Positions 1 to 9,200 of a stretch of 64,000 nt of DNA are shown piece after piece. Positions within the stretch are counted from its first letter, which is position 1; every line of letters starts with the position of its first letter. The translations under genes were made by a program, and so were the position numbers. Below the pieces are notes generated by a model, which was not told the origin of the DNA, searched no databases, and saw only the letters and a list, made by a program, of their open reading frames with translations. Origin of the DNA: Chloropicon primus (lineage: Eukaryota); assembly GCA_023205875.1 (NCBI GenBank), contig CP060762.1:496001-560000 (forward strand), given 5' to 3'.

Positions 1-592
1 CTCGAGCCGCTTCGCAGCACGTTCGCCAGTTCCACGCGAGGTCCTTCTCGCCCTTGAGCCACTCCAACACCGCGATGTGACCCCCTCCAGCGGCCCCGCT
101 CAGGCTCGCCCTGCTCGCGTTCCTCGCGCTCAGAGGGATTCCTTGGCTCACCAGCCACTTGACCGCGTTCAGGTTGCCCTGAAAGGAGGCGACGTACAGC
201 AGGTCGTACTCGTACCAGTGGTTCAAGTACGTGCGGTTGAAGTGCTCCTCCACCCTTTGCCAGCAACGACTGCCCTCCCTCCTGTCGAACGAGCTCCACA
301 TCCATTTGTACCACCCCAAGGTGAACGAAGGCCTCAGCTCGGACATCCTGTCCTTCCTCAAGTCAGTCTGCGTAATCACCTTCTTCTTCAAGGTGCACTC
401 GAGAGGGTTCGCTGCTTTCACCGCCTCGAGGAACGTCTTGCAGGTCAACCCAAACGCCAGGCGGTCGTAGGGCTCCAGCTTCCCTGCCACAACGCAGAGA
501 ACTTCCCACGGCAAGTCCGAAGCGGACTTCCTCCCCATCTTCTGGCGCTTCCTTTCCCTCTCCCTTGTCTCCGTCATCATCATCATCATCAT
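1..592 (-). CDS. F-box-like + ankyrin-repeat protein, 3' end runs off the window
   Basis: Manual translation of the minus strand from the (ATG)6 run ending at 592: MMMMMMTETRERERKRQKMGRKSASDLPWEVLCVVAGKLEPYDRLAFGLTCKTF (F-box-like) ... ASFQGNLNAVKWLVSQG ... AAGGGHIAVLEWLKGEKDLAWNWRTCCEAAR (ankyrin-like units). The frame is open to the window edge and is missing from the ORF track. Confidence 0.75.
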   Translation of the reverse strand, partial: MMMMMMTETRERERKRQKMGRKSASDLPWEVLCVVAGKLEPYDRLAFGLTCKTFLEAVKAANPLECTLKKKVITQTDLRKDRMSELRPSFTLGWYKWMWSSFDRREGSRCWQRVEEHFNRTYLNHWYEYDLLYVASFQGNLNAVKWLVSQGIPLSARNASRASLSGAAGGGHIAVLEWLKGEKDLAWNWRTCCEAAR

Positions 593-605
593 GACTCAAG
601 ATATC

Positions 606-945
606 GGTCACCAAATCCTCAAACGCGAGGCGTTTCTTTCGACCAAGAGCTCTTTCGAAAGAGGAAACCGTAACGCTTTCGACAGTTCACCTCATCTTCC
701 GAGCGAAACGCGCGCTTTCGCCGTCCTTCTCCCCCTTTCTTGTCACAAGAAACAATAATCCTCGAAAGTCGAAACAACTGCCTTGCAGACTTTTTCACAA
801 ACGTGGTCACCAAATCCTCAAACACGAGGCGTTTCTTTCGACCAAGAGCTCTTTCGAAAGAGGAAAGTGTAACGCTTTCGACAGTTTACCTCAATCTCAG
901 CGCAACGTGCGCTTTCGTCGTCCCTCTCGCCCTTTCTTGTCACAA
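606..945. repeat. Diverged direct repeat, about 140 bp x2 (606-748 and 805-945; period about 199 bp)
   Basis: Both copies run from GGTCACCAAATCCTCAAAC...CGTTTCTTTCGACCAAGAGCTCTTTCGAAAGAGGAAA...TAACGCTTTCGACAGTT to CCCTTTCTTGTCACAA. Confidence 0.9.
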
Positions 946-1218
946 CCTTCCTAAAGTCTGCAGCGAGCGAGAGAGTGAGTCACCTCATCGAGTTTGAAAA
1001 CATTGAAAACAGGTGGATGGAGGGAGAGGAGGTAAGTTGCCGATGACTTTAAGCCGATGGGTGGCACGTTTTTGCGCGCGATGGTTGAGGATTCGGAACC
1101 GCCTTGTCTTGATCTTTCCAACGAGGGTTCACTCGACGGGTTTGACGTCGTAACGAAGGTGCAAGAGACTGAAACGTGAGATGATGTCCTCGTTGGTGAC
1201 GCAGGAGGTGTCCACCCT

Positions 1219-3654
1219 ATGAGTGTGGAGCGGGCAGGAAGGCGGCCGATGAAGCAGACGACGCTGGTTTTCGGTCCGTCTGTGGCTCAGGAGCGCACCG
1301 TGTCGGTCTCTGGCTCGTCCGCGAAGAAGAGGAGGAGAAAGGAGGAGGAAACGGAGGAGGATGCCAAGGATGCCAAGGAGGATGTGTGGGAGGAGGCCAC
1401 GTTCTGGAGTGTGGTGCGGACCCGAAGGACGCAGGAGGCCAAGATGCTGTGCAAGATCGGGACGGAGCTCGTCGTTTCGAGGGATCCCACGAACGAGAAG
1501 GACCCCGAGCATGCGATAAAGCTGGTTGCCGAGTCGAAGACTGTCGGGCACTTGCCCGCCCTGGCAGCAGTCCACCTGAGTGCTCTGCTCGACGGCCCCT
1601 CGCCGCCTTGGGTTGCGAGGGCGACCGTAATCGGGGGCGACAGCGAGGGAAGCGTCGAGCCCATACAAGTGAGGATCAGGTTCAAGCTTGAGGAAGAGTC
1701 GAAAGACGGAGCCGAGCGAAGGAGCTTCCTCGAGTCCGTACTGGCCTCCGCCAGCAAGGGACAAGCGGAGCAGTTCAAGCAAAAGTGCGAGCAGCTTGCG
1801 GGCGCCCTAGACGCTGTCCTGGATTTTTGCGCCAATCGCGCAGCCCACCTCTTCCACGATTGCGAGGTCCGCCTCATGAGGACGGTGAAGGCGCTGCCTC
1901 TGCGGCCCAAGGCTCTTCTTGTGCGGCTCTACATGAGGAAGAGACAATGGTTTCGAGTTGGGTTGCTGAGCCGTTACGTGGAAGTTGGGGACATCGAAGC
2001 TGCAGTGAGCACGCTCCACGAGCACGGCCTCGTCTCCCGGCTTTCAGACTGTGTCGAGGACGTGTCCCTGGAATCTCAGCTGAGCCTCCTCAGTGTCAAG
2101 GAGCTCCAAGGCCTCGCTGGGAGGTGTCTGGTGAAAGACCACAAGCGCATGAGACGAAGAGACCTCGTGAGGGCCCTTTCTGCCGCTGGAGAAGGAGCCC
2201 AGAAGATCGCGGATTGCGTCAAAAGATGCGTGGGGGGGTGCGTGGAGATTGCACCCGATGCCATTGCCGTGCTGAACCTCGTCCGGTTCACGTACTTTCT
2301 CAACGACTCGCAAGGTCTGGAAAGGTTCGTTCTCAGGCACCAGGGGATTTGCAACTACCCGTCGTACGCCGTGAGCGTCTCTGGCAGCGTCTTCCGCACG
2401 AGGGAGGAGCTGATCGAGTACCAGTCCGCCTGCGAGGCAGAGTCACGCCTGCAGGCGGCCTTGGAGGCCAACAACTTGAAAACAGCGAGAAAACTCCTGA
2501 GCCACTCGTGTGCCAAGCTTGGTTTTCACTTGGACGACGAAGATTGGGGCACGACTACGAAGCAAAAGCTGAGCAGGGTATCGGGCAACCCAGAGCTTCC
2601 CAAAGGATCGGGCGAACCTTCTCTCCTGCAGAGCTTCAGGGCCTCGTGGGTGCACGTGGGAATCGCCCATCAGGGAATCGCCCTGCTTGAGAAAAAGAGG
2701 CGCTACTCGGACGCAATCGAGCTCATCCAAGTGCTCCTGGGAAGGCCAGAGCGCCCGTCCAAACGAGGGGACTGGTGGGTAAGGTTCACCGTCGACCTGG
2801 AGCACCTCGGTCAAAAAGAGACGTCCCTGGAGGTCGCCGAAAGTGCATTGGCGGACAAGTGGGTACGCGTGGGGCAAAGGCTGTCTCTGCAAAGGCGGAT
2901 TCTCAGGCTGGGCAAGCCTCCCAGGCGGTGGAAGAAGCCTGCCTTTGCAGAAAGGGCGTCGTGGAAGCCGAGGGAGAGGAAATTCGTGGGCAGGCCGACC
3001 AACAGGGAGAGGAGCGTCAGGAGCAATTTTGTTGGCTTCGATGATGAGAACGTTACAGTGGAACAACTCGCTCTCCAGTACTACAGCCAGGAAGATCATG
3101 GGAGCTGGAGGGGATTGCACTCTGAGAATGGAATTTGGGGGACCCTGTTCGCGCTTCTGATGTGGGACGTTCTCTTTTCGGACGTTCCTGACGTCTTTCA
3201 GCATCCGTTCCAAGCGGCCCCCTTGGACCTGGACTCTGACTTCTTCTACTCGCAGAGGAAGGAACTGATCGATGCAAGGCTTCGGGAGATCTCGGAGGGC
3301 AACGCCCCGTGCTTGATCCAGGCAGTGTGGAGCAGAGAGTCCGAAAGGAGAACCCTTTGCGTCGGCTTAACGTGGGGCAAGTACCAGCTTGACCAGTTAG
3401 TGACCATTGTGCAGTGCATTGGTGGGGCTGGCTTGGCTATTATCATGCGGTTGCTTGCGGAAGACCACAAGCACTGGCGCTCTGGCATGCCTGACCTTGT
3501 ACTGTGGAGGACTACCCCCTCGCCGTCCGCCTTACTGTCAGAGGTGAAGGGGCCCAGGGATACTTTGGCCGATAAGCAGCGCGCCTGGCTGGCTGAGCTA
3601 TCCTTCGGTGGCGTGGACGTCGAAGTGTGCAAAATCTTAGAAAAAGACATGTAG
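1219..3654 (+). CDS. FAN1: Fanconi-associated nuclease 1 (HIRAN-SAP-TPR-VRR-NUC)
   Basis: N-terminal HIRAN-like motif (RDPTNEKDPEHAIKL...VGHLP). C-terminal VRR-NUC motifs: GLHSENGIWGTLFALLMWDVLF, FQAAPLDL, SGMPDLVLW, EVKGPRDTLADKQRAWL. Confidence 0.93.
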   Translation: MSVERAGRRPMKQTTLVFGPSVAQERTVSVSGSSAKKRRRKEEETEEDAKDAKEDVWEEATFWSVVRTRRTQEAKMLCKIGTELVVSRDPTNEKDPEHAIKLVAESKTVGHLPALAAVHLSALLDGPSPPWVARATVIGGDSEGSVEPIQVRIRFKLEEESKDGAERRSFLESVLASASKGQAEQFKQKCEQLAGALDAVLDFCANRAAHLFHDCEVRLMRTVKALPLRPKALLVRLYMRKRQWFRVGLLSRYVEVGDIEAAVSTLHEHGLVSRLSDCVEDVSLESQLSLLSVKELQGLAGRCLVKDHKRMRRRDLVRALSAAGEGAQKIADCVKRCVGGCVEIAPDAIAVLNLVRFTYFLNDSQGLERFVLRHQGICNYPSYAVSVSGSVFRTREELIEYQSACEAESRLQAALEANNLKTARKLLSHSCAKLGFHLDDEDWGTTTKQKLSRVSGNPELPKGSGEPSLLQSFRASWVHVGIAHQGIALLEKKRRYSDAIELIQVLLGRPERPSKRGDWWVRFTVDLEHLGQKETSLEVAESALADKWVRVGQRLSLQRRILRLGKPPRRWKKPAFAERASWKPRERKFVGRPTNRERSVRSNFVGFDDENVTVEQLALQYYSQEDHGSWRGLHSENGIWGTLFALLMWDVLFSDVPDVFQHPFQAAPLDLDSDFFYSQRKELIDARLREISEGNAPCLIQAVWSRESERRTLCVGLTWGKYQLDQLVTIVQCIGGAGLAIIMRLLAEDHKHWRSGMPDLVLWRTTPSPSALLSEVKGPRDTLADKQRAWLAELSFGGVDVEVCKILEKDM

Positions 3655-3723
3655 CGTCACGCCACGTCGCATGTAAATCATGTATCATGTATCAGGTGTA
3701 TCAACAATCGTTGTGTCGTAAGT

Positions 3724-5679
3724 TTAGTTTACTTCTATCATGTTTTTCCCCATGTCCCAAGGCTCTGTGCTCACTTTGCCGTCTTCGTGAATCGTCAGCA
3801 GGAAGACAAAGGCATCCCCCACCTTTAGTGCCCCAGCGTCCGCCGCGGAGGGCTTGAAGAGCAGGAGCTCGGAGACGTCTTTCCATTTTGCGATGGCTTC
3901 TACGTTGACAGGACTCAGGCCTGCTAAATTTCCTGACCTGGTCATCACGACTTGATACTTGAGAGCCGCCGTGCCACGCCCCTTGATGAATTTGCTTCCC
4001 CCCTCCGCGGAAGTCTTTAGAAGTGCTGCCAGAGTACGTGCCGTGGATTTGTTTTTCCGAAGTGAGCTTCCGAGGACCTCTGATCCCTTGCTGAGCTCCA
4101 GCCCCTTCTTCTCCACCCTGGACCTGTACTTGTCCACAAAGACAGTCGTGAACGTGCCGCTCGCCACCTCGAGCTTTCGGATGTTACTTTGCACACGTTC
4201 GGATGTCCTGTTGAGCGCCACCCAGCCCAAGAGAAGGGCGGTGAGGATAGACACGGAGGCCTTTGCGGCGGCTTTCAAACTTCTCAGCCTCGCCCCGCTT
4301 TCGTAGATCTCCTGCTCGTTCAAGTCGCAACTTGCTTGCATGGAGAGGCACGGAAGGGTCTGCTCGTGCATGCCCACGAAATCCAGCATATCAAGCAGGC
4401 ACTGGAGGTCGGAAGGTTTGGCCAAGACTTGCTGCTCGCCTGTCCCGTCGCGGGAGGTGAAAACGACTTCGGCCAGGCCAGACGAGGTATCTGCCTGCCT
4501 GATTCTCACCAACGGCGGCTCGCACGTGATCCAATTCTGGGCCTTGGTCCTGCTCTTGAAGAATGCGAGAAGAACGGTTTTCATGACCCTCAAGTGATCC
4601 GTGCCGATTTCCACGGATTGATCCTCACTCGACCCTGTGTCAAGGTCAAGCACAACCCTTTCGGCATCCTCCAAGGTGATCCCAAACGCCATCCCCGTCA
4701 TCGCATTCCCGCTGAAGGCGTCGTCGTCTTCCCCCGCGTCCCCGAGCGAGAGCTCCGCCTCTGCCTCCTCGAAGTTCAAATCATGCGCCAGAGACGCCGC
4801 GACCCGCCTCCTTGCCCCTTCAGACCGGCCCCTGTCCACGGAGACCACCGTCCTCCACGCTGCCCTCCTCGCTACATAAGGCTGGTCCTTGAAAGTCCAC
4901 GAGAACTGCATGTCCTCAAACTCCTGCGGTTGCACGATGTCCTCGCTCCCCAGGGCCCAGGACAATACAGGAAGCAGCAGGCTCTCCCGCTTCGAGCCCT
5001 CCGATCCCCCAGGCGCCGCAGCGGAACCAACCCCCTCGGTTCCCGTCGTTTCCACCAAGCCAACCAGCACCCTGGCGAGCACTTGCTCGTCCACAAAACG
5101 AAACAGAGGCGCGTCACTCCTCTCCGCCTCTGCGAATATTCCTTGCACGAGCTCCGGCTCGAGGACGCCGACCTTCGATGCGTGAGCCAACACGTTCTTC
5201 AACAGGAGGTCCCTCCTTATGATCCACTCCTGGATGGCTGCAAGGCCTCCCACAACCTTGGCCGTCTCCTTGGAAACCTCGGACGAGTACACCTCCAGCT
5301 TCACGTCATCCGCCCAGAACACTCGCGCCAGCTGCACATCGCGGCCACGGCTTCCGTCATCGCGGCCACTCGACGGCTCGCTCACCTCAGAGAACGCCGA
5401 GGAGGACGCCGAGCACCAACTCCTTTGCCTTTGATGCAGCAACCTCTCTCTCTCAGGAGGCTTCGCGGTGCGACGGCCGTGGCGTTGGCGAGTGCGGCAC
5501 GAGTGCGGTGCCTTTGGAAGCCTGCTCGAGACCGTCATGTCATGTGACCCCGCCGTCCTTCCCTTGGCTCCCCTTCCTCCTCGTGATCTTCTGCTTTTCC
5601 AAGGGGAACGATGGAGGTTGGGGATGGGATGGAAGGAGTGATGAGGACGGTGTGCAATGCAGGGGGGGAGGGCGGTCAC
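3724..5679 (-). CDS. Protein of unknown function, probably plastid-targeted, with one predicted TM helix
   Basis: 651-aa uninterrupted ORF filling the gap between FAN1 and HUS1. Arg/Ser-rich N-terminus poor in acidic residues; hydrophobic segment SVSILTALLLGWVAL. Exact start is uncertain. Confidence 0.7.
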   Translation of the reverse strand: MTALPPCIAHRPHHSFHPIPNLHRSPWKSRRSRGGRGAKGRTAGSHDMTVSSRLPKAPHSCRTRQRHGRRTAKPPERERLLHQRQRSWCSASSSAFSEVSEPSSGRDDGSRGRDVQLARVFWADDVKLEVYSSEVSKETAKVVGGLAAIQEWIIRRDLLLKNVLAHASKVGVLEPELVQGIFAEAERSDAPLFRFVDEQVLARVLVGLVETTGTEGVGSAAAPGGSEGSKRESLLLPVLSWALGSEDIVQPQEFEDMQFSWTFKDQPYVARRAAWRTVVSVDRGRSEGARRRVAASLAHDLNFEEAEAELSLGDAGEDDDAFSGNAMTGMAFGITLEDAERVVLDLDTGSSEDQSVEIGTDHLRVMKTVLLAFFKSRTKAQNWITCEPPLVRIRQADTSSGLAEVVFTSRDGTGEQQVLAKPSDLQCLLDMLDFVGMHEQTLPCLSMQASCDLNEQEIYESGARLRSLKAAAKASVSILTALLLGWVALNRTSERVQSNIRKLEVASGTFTTVFVDKYRSRVEKKGLELSKGSEVLGSSLRKNKSTARTLAALLKTSAEGGSKFIKGRGTAALKYQVVMTRSGNLAGLSPVNVEAIAKWKDVSELLLFKPSAADAGALKVGDAFVFLLTIHEDGKVSTEPWDMGKNMIEVN

Positions 5680-5912
5680 GATTGGCCTCCTCTGCCTCTC
5701 TCTCTGTCTCTTTCTCTCAGAAAAATCATGATTTGTTACAGTTTTTTTTACAAGCCTTTGCGCTTTGCTGGTACGCGTCGCGTCGTCCTCGGGCCGTCCC
5801 CCTACTCCTACTCCTCTTGGTTTTAATACTACAATAAAAGTACACTTTGGTCACCTTTGAGCGAGCAATCAATCCGTCCAGACTGGTCCGCCCTCGGCTT
5901 GCCAGTACAAAA

Positions 5913-7022
5913 TCACCCAGCGGACACGTAAGGGAGTTTGATGCTCATGCTTTCCTTGTCCGTGATGCTGCTGCCCGAGGAATCCAGATACACGTACAGA
6001 AAGTGGAGAAACCGCGAATCGGTGCCGCAGAGCAGTTTGGCCGGCTTGGTGTACTGGCACACGCTGACGACTTTCGCCAGTTGTTTCGTGGACACCGCCA
6101 GGCGGGCGGAGAGGCCCTTGGTGCGCGCAGTGCTCAGCCGGCTCGTTGGTTGGCGCTGCTCGGCCATGTCGGGATCTTCCGCGACCCTCTGATTCTCGGG
6201 GATCACCTCCAACCCCTTGTACTCGACGCCCACAGTGCACCCAGATTGCATTCTGAACGCTTGGAAGTGGGCGTCTCCCGTTCGAATCAGACTGACAAGG
6301 CTGATCGGCGAGAGCTTCTTCAGTTTCTGCAAGCTGGAATTCAAGTTCATTGCCACGGGCATGAGGTCGACGTAGAAGGGGCAAGCCTGGTCCGAGCGTA
6401 TCAAGTGGATCAACTGATCCACCTCGCTCGAGGGAAAGGGCTTTGAGATGGGAAGCTCGGAGGTGATGCTGATCGAACCGCCCATCTGGAAAGAGAGGAA
6501 CGGCCTCGCCTGGTTGTCCGCGTTGGGAACGCGGCGCATGGACAGCTTCATCTCGAGGCCCTCCGCTTCGTTCGAGGACGCGCCGTGGAGGACCCTCTCG
6601 AAGAGCTGCAAGGCGAGGCCAAAAGCAAAGGAAACAGCAGTGACGACGAAGACGAAGACGACGAACGAAGCGCAGAGCGGTTAGCGCGGGCTTGCACAGT
6701 CGTCGTCGGAACCACCAGGCCACCAAGCCGTGGCGGGAGAGAAAGTCTGGCATACCTTGAGATCAAACTCGAACGCTATCAGATTCATCCCGTGCTTGCT
6801 CTCGCAGATTGGACCCTTCTCGAACACGAGGGGCGAGCCGAGCCTGACGACGCACACGGCCGGCCCATCGCTCTCCCCTGCGAGACCGCCGTGGGACACC
6901 AGGTGAACCTCTTCTGGCCCAAGGATCATCACCACGGTCTTGCTGAACCTTTGAAACGTCGGAAGAAAACCTCGACCGAGGCATCTTTGCCCGCGTTGGG
7001 TCAGTGTCCCCTTGAACCTCAT
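5913..7022 (-). CDS. HUS1: Checkpoint clamp 9-1-1 subunit HUS1; exons 7022-6756 and 6605-5913
   Basis: MRFKGTLT...FLPTFQRFSK...ESKHGMNLIAFEFDLK joins in frame to LFERVLHG...MKL...PFLSF...ELPISKP across a GTATGC...TTGCAG intron (6606-6755) containing CTAAC. The joined protein resembles plant HUS1. Confidence 0.85.
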
Positions 7023-7809
7023 GCTTCTGATCTGAACCACCTCTCTCGCGATCCCACCGGACACTGTCGACCGACGTCTAGCGAGTCGTGCGACCACACA
7101 ATCGAAAGATATCGAGACGAAGGGCTCTTCCGCTTGTCGCACCGCCACTGCGCACCTTCCCCTCCCTCCTCACCTCCTCCCTTCGATGCAGATCACGATA
7201 CGTCCTCGCGATTCCCAAGGGAGACAAACGCAGAGAGGAGGCGTATTTTCGGGCCAAACGAGTCGTGCGACCGACCGATCGAAAGGTCTTGACACACTCT
7301 TTCGATTGATATAAGCCTCTTCACCTGTACCCTCTCACCCCGGCTTCAATCCAAAGCCGAAGCCGAAGCTCTCGAGCTCAAGCCCCTCCCCTCCCCTCGA
7401 TCGATTTCTGAAGAGGGGAAAGAAGCGAGGAGTGGGTTCGCAAAAGAACCGGAGGGTAAGGACAAGTCCTCCGTCAGAGGGTGAGGGAGGCGTCTGTTTC
7501 GACGAAGGATTAAAGAAGCGGTAGCTTCGTCTCGAGATCTTTCGAAAGAGCTCTCGCTCGAAAGGAATGGCGTCGGGATGAGGATGAGAGAGACTGAAAC
7601 GTCGTTTGGTTTTTCGTTTTGTTGTTCGATCGATTGGATGGACGGATGGATGGATGAATGGTTTGTGTTTGTTTGTTCTTGTGGTGGAGAGGGCGAGCGC
7701 CGAGTCGACAAGATAGAGGAGATCAACAGTACCAGGAAGCTTCCGGAAACGGAGAGCCTTTCCTCCGTGAGCCTCGACGACGAGTCGTCGTATTACGACT
7801 CGTCAGAGA

Positions 7810-8041
7810 TGGAGGACGAGGACGAGGACGAGTGGAAGAACCAGAATGTGGGCGTGAGCTTGAACGAACACCTCAAGGAGAACGAGGATGGTGAGGTAGA
7901 GGTGCTGACCGAGGAGCAGGCGAAGCAGTACGGAATCCTCCTTCAAGAGGAGCTCGCGGAGAGCGAATGGCTGGTAAGTCAGCAGCAGCAGCAGCAGCAA
8001 CAACAACATCAACGTCATCCCAACGCAGCTGTGGATTGAAT

Positions 8042-8082
<41 letters not shown>

Positions 8083-9095
8083 ATACCTCTAGGACCAAAA
8101 CTGACCTCTTGGTTGCTTGCTTGGTTCCCCAGTACTGCCTCAAGGAGGGGAGGAAGTGGTCCATGAGGAGGCCGAAATTCTTGTGGACCGGCCGGTTACG
8201 TATGCACAGAGTGAGCCCCTACCGCATGGTGCCGGAGTCGATACCAAAGCCAGACTACGCCCTGGACGGCTTTCCTACGTCGGAAGTGGGCGCGGAAGTG
8301 AACGCGAAGAAGGGCGAGGTTCCGATAAAGTCCAAGGAGGAGATTGAGGGAATGAGAGAGGCGTGCAAGGTGGCGAGGGAGGTGCTGGACTCGGCGACGA
8401 GGATGATCAAGGAGGGGGTGACCACGGACGAGCTGGATCGGGTTGTCCACGACACCTGCATCGAACTCGGGGCTTACCCGTCTCCTTTGAACTACTACAA
8501 CTTTCCAAAGTCGGTGTGCTCGAGCGTGAACGAGGTGGTTTGCCACGGCATACCCGACAGGAGGGAGCTGGAGGACGGCGATATTGTGAACTTGGACGTG
8601 ACTTGCTTCTACAAGGGGTTTCATGGCGATCTCAACGAGACGCACTGCGTGGGAAAAGTCAGCGAGAAGCACAAGAAGCTAGTGAGGACGGCGCACGAGT
8701 GCATGGAGAAGGCCATAGCCATGGTGAGGCCCGGGGTGAGGTTCAGGGACTTGGGAACCCCGATCTCCCAGCACGCAAAGGCCAACGGATTTAGCGTGGT
8801 CCGGGACTATTGCGGACACGGCATCGGCAACCTCTTCCACTGCGCCCCAACGATTCCTCACTACGAGAAGAACAAGACGCCGGGAACGATGCGGGCGGGG
8901 ATGACGTTCACTATCGAGCCCATGATCAACGAGGGGTCCAAGCACTGCGTGACTTGGCCCGACGGGTGGACCGCCGTCACACGAGATGGCAAGAGGAGCG
9001 CCCAGTTCGAGCAAACCCTGCTTTGTACGGAGAATGGATGTGAGATCCTCACGGCTAGGACACCGAACTCCACCCCCTTGTGGTGGCATGAATAA
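7810..9095 (+). CDS. MAP1: Methionine aminopeptidase type 1 (MAP1A-like); intron 7974-8132; start uncertain, may lie upstream of 7810
   Basis: Motifs [56 protein letters not shown]. The GTAAGT...CCCAG intron gives an in-frame EWL|YCLK junction, similar to the WLYC of plant MAP1A. Confidence 0.93.
8045..8081. repeat. (GT)n microsatellite in the MetAP intron
   Basis: Run of about 18 TG units; a (CAG)n/(CAA)n tract lies at about 7980-8008 in the same intron. Confidence 0.95.
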
Positions 9096-9200
9096 GTCGC
9101 GTGGCAATAAGTTAAAGTTTTACAAAGGGGGAAAATATTATTATTCGTACAGTTTTTCTTCTCCAGGAGAAGGAAGGCTTCGGCATCGGCCAGGAAACCT

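Noticed and set aside
650..663. Heat-shock element interpretation of the TTTCGAAA palindrome
   Set aside because: An HSE needs alternating nGAAn units (TTCnnGAA); here TTC and GAA are directly adjacent.
1219..7022. FAN1-HUS1 as a functional repair cluster
   Set aside because: They are convergent, separated by an unrelated gene, and share no evident promoter; adjacency is plausible by chance.
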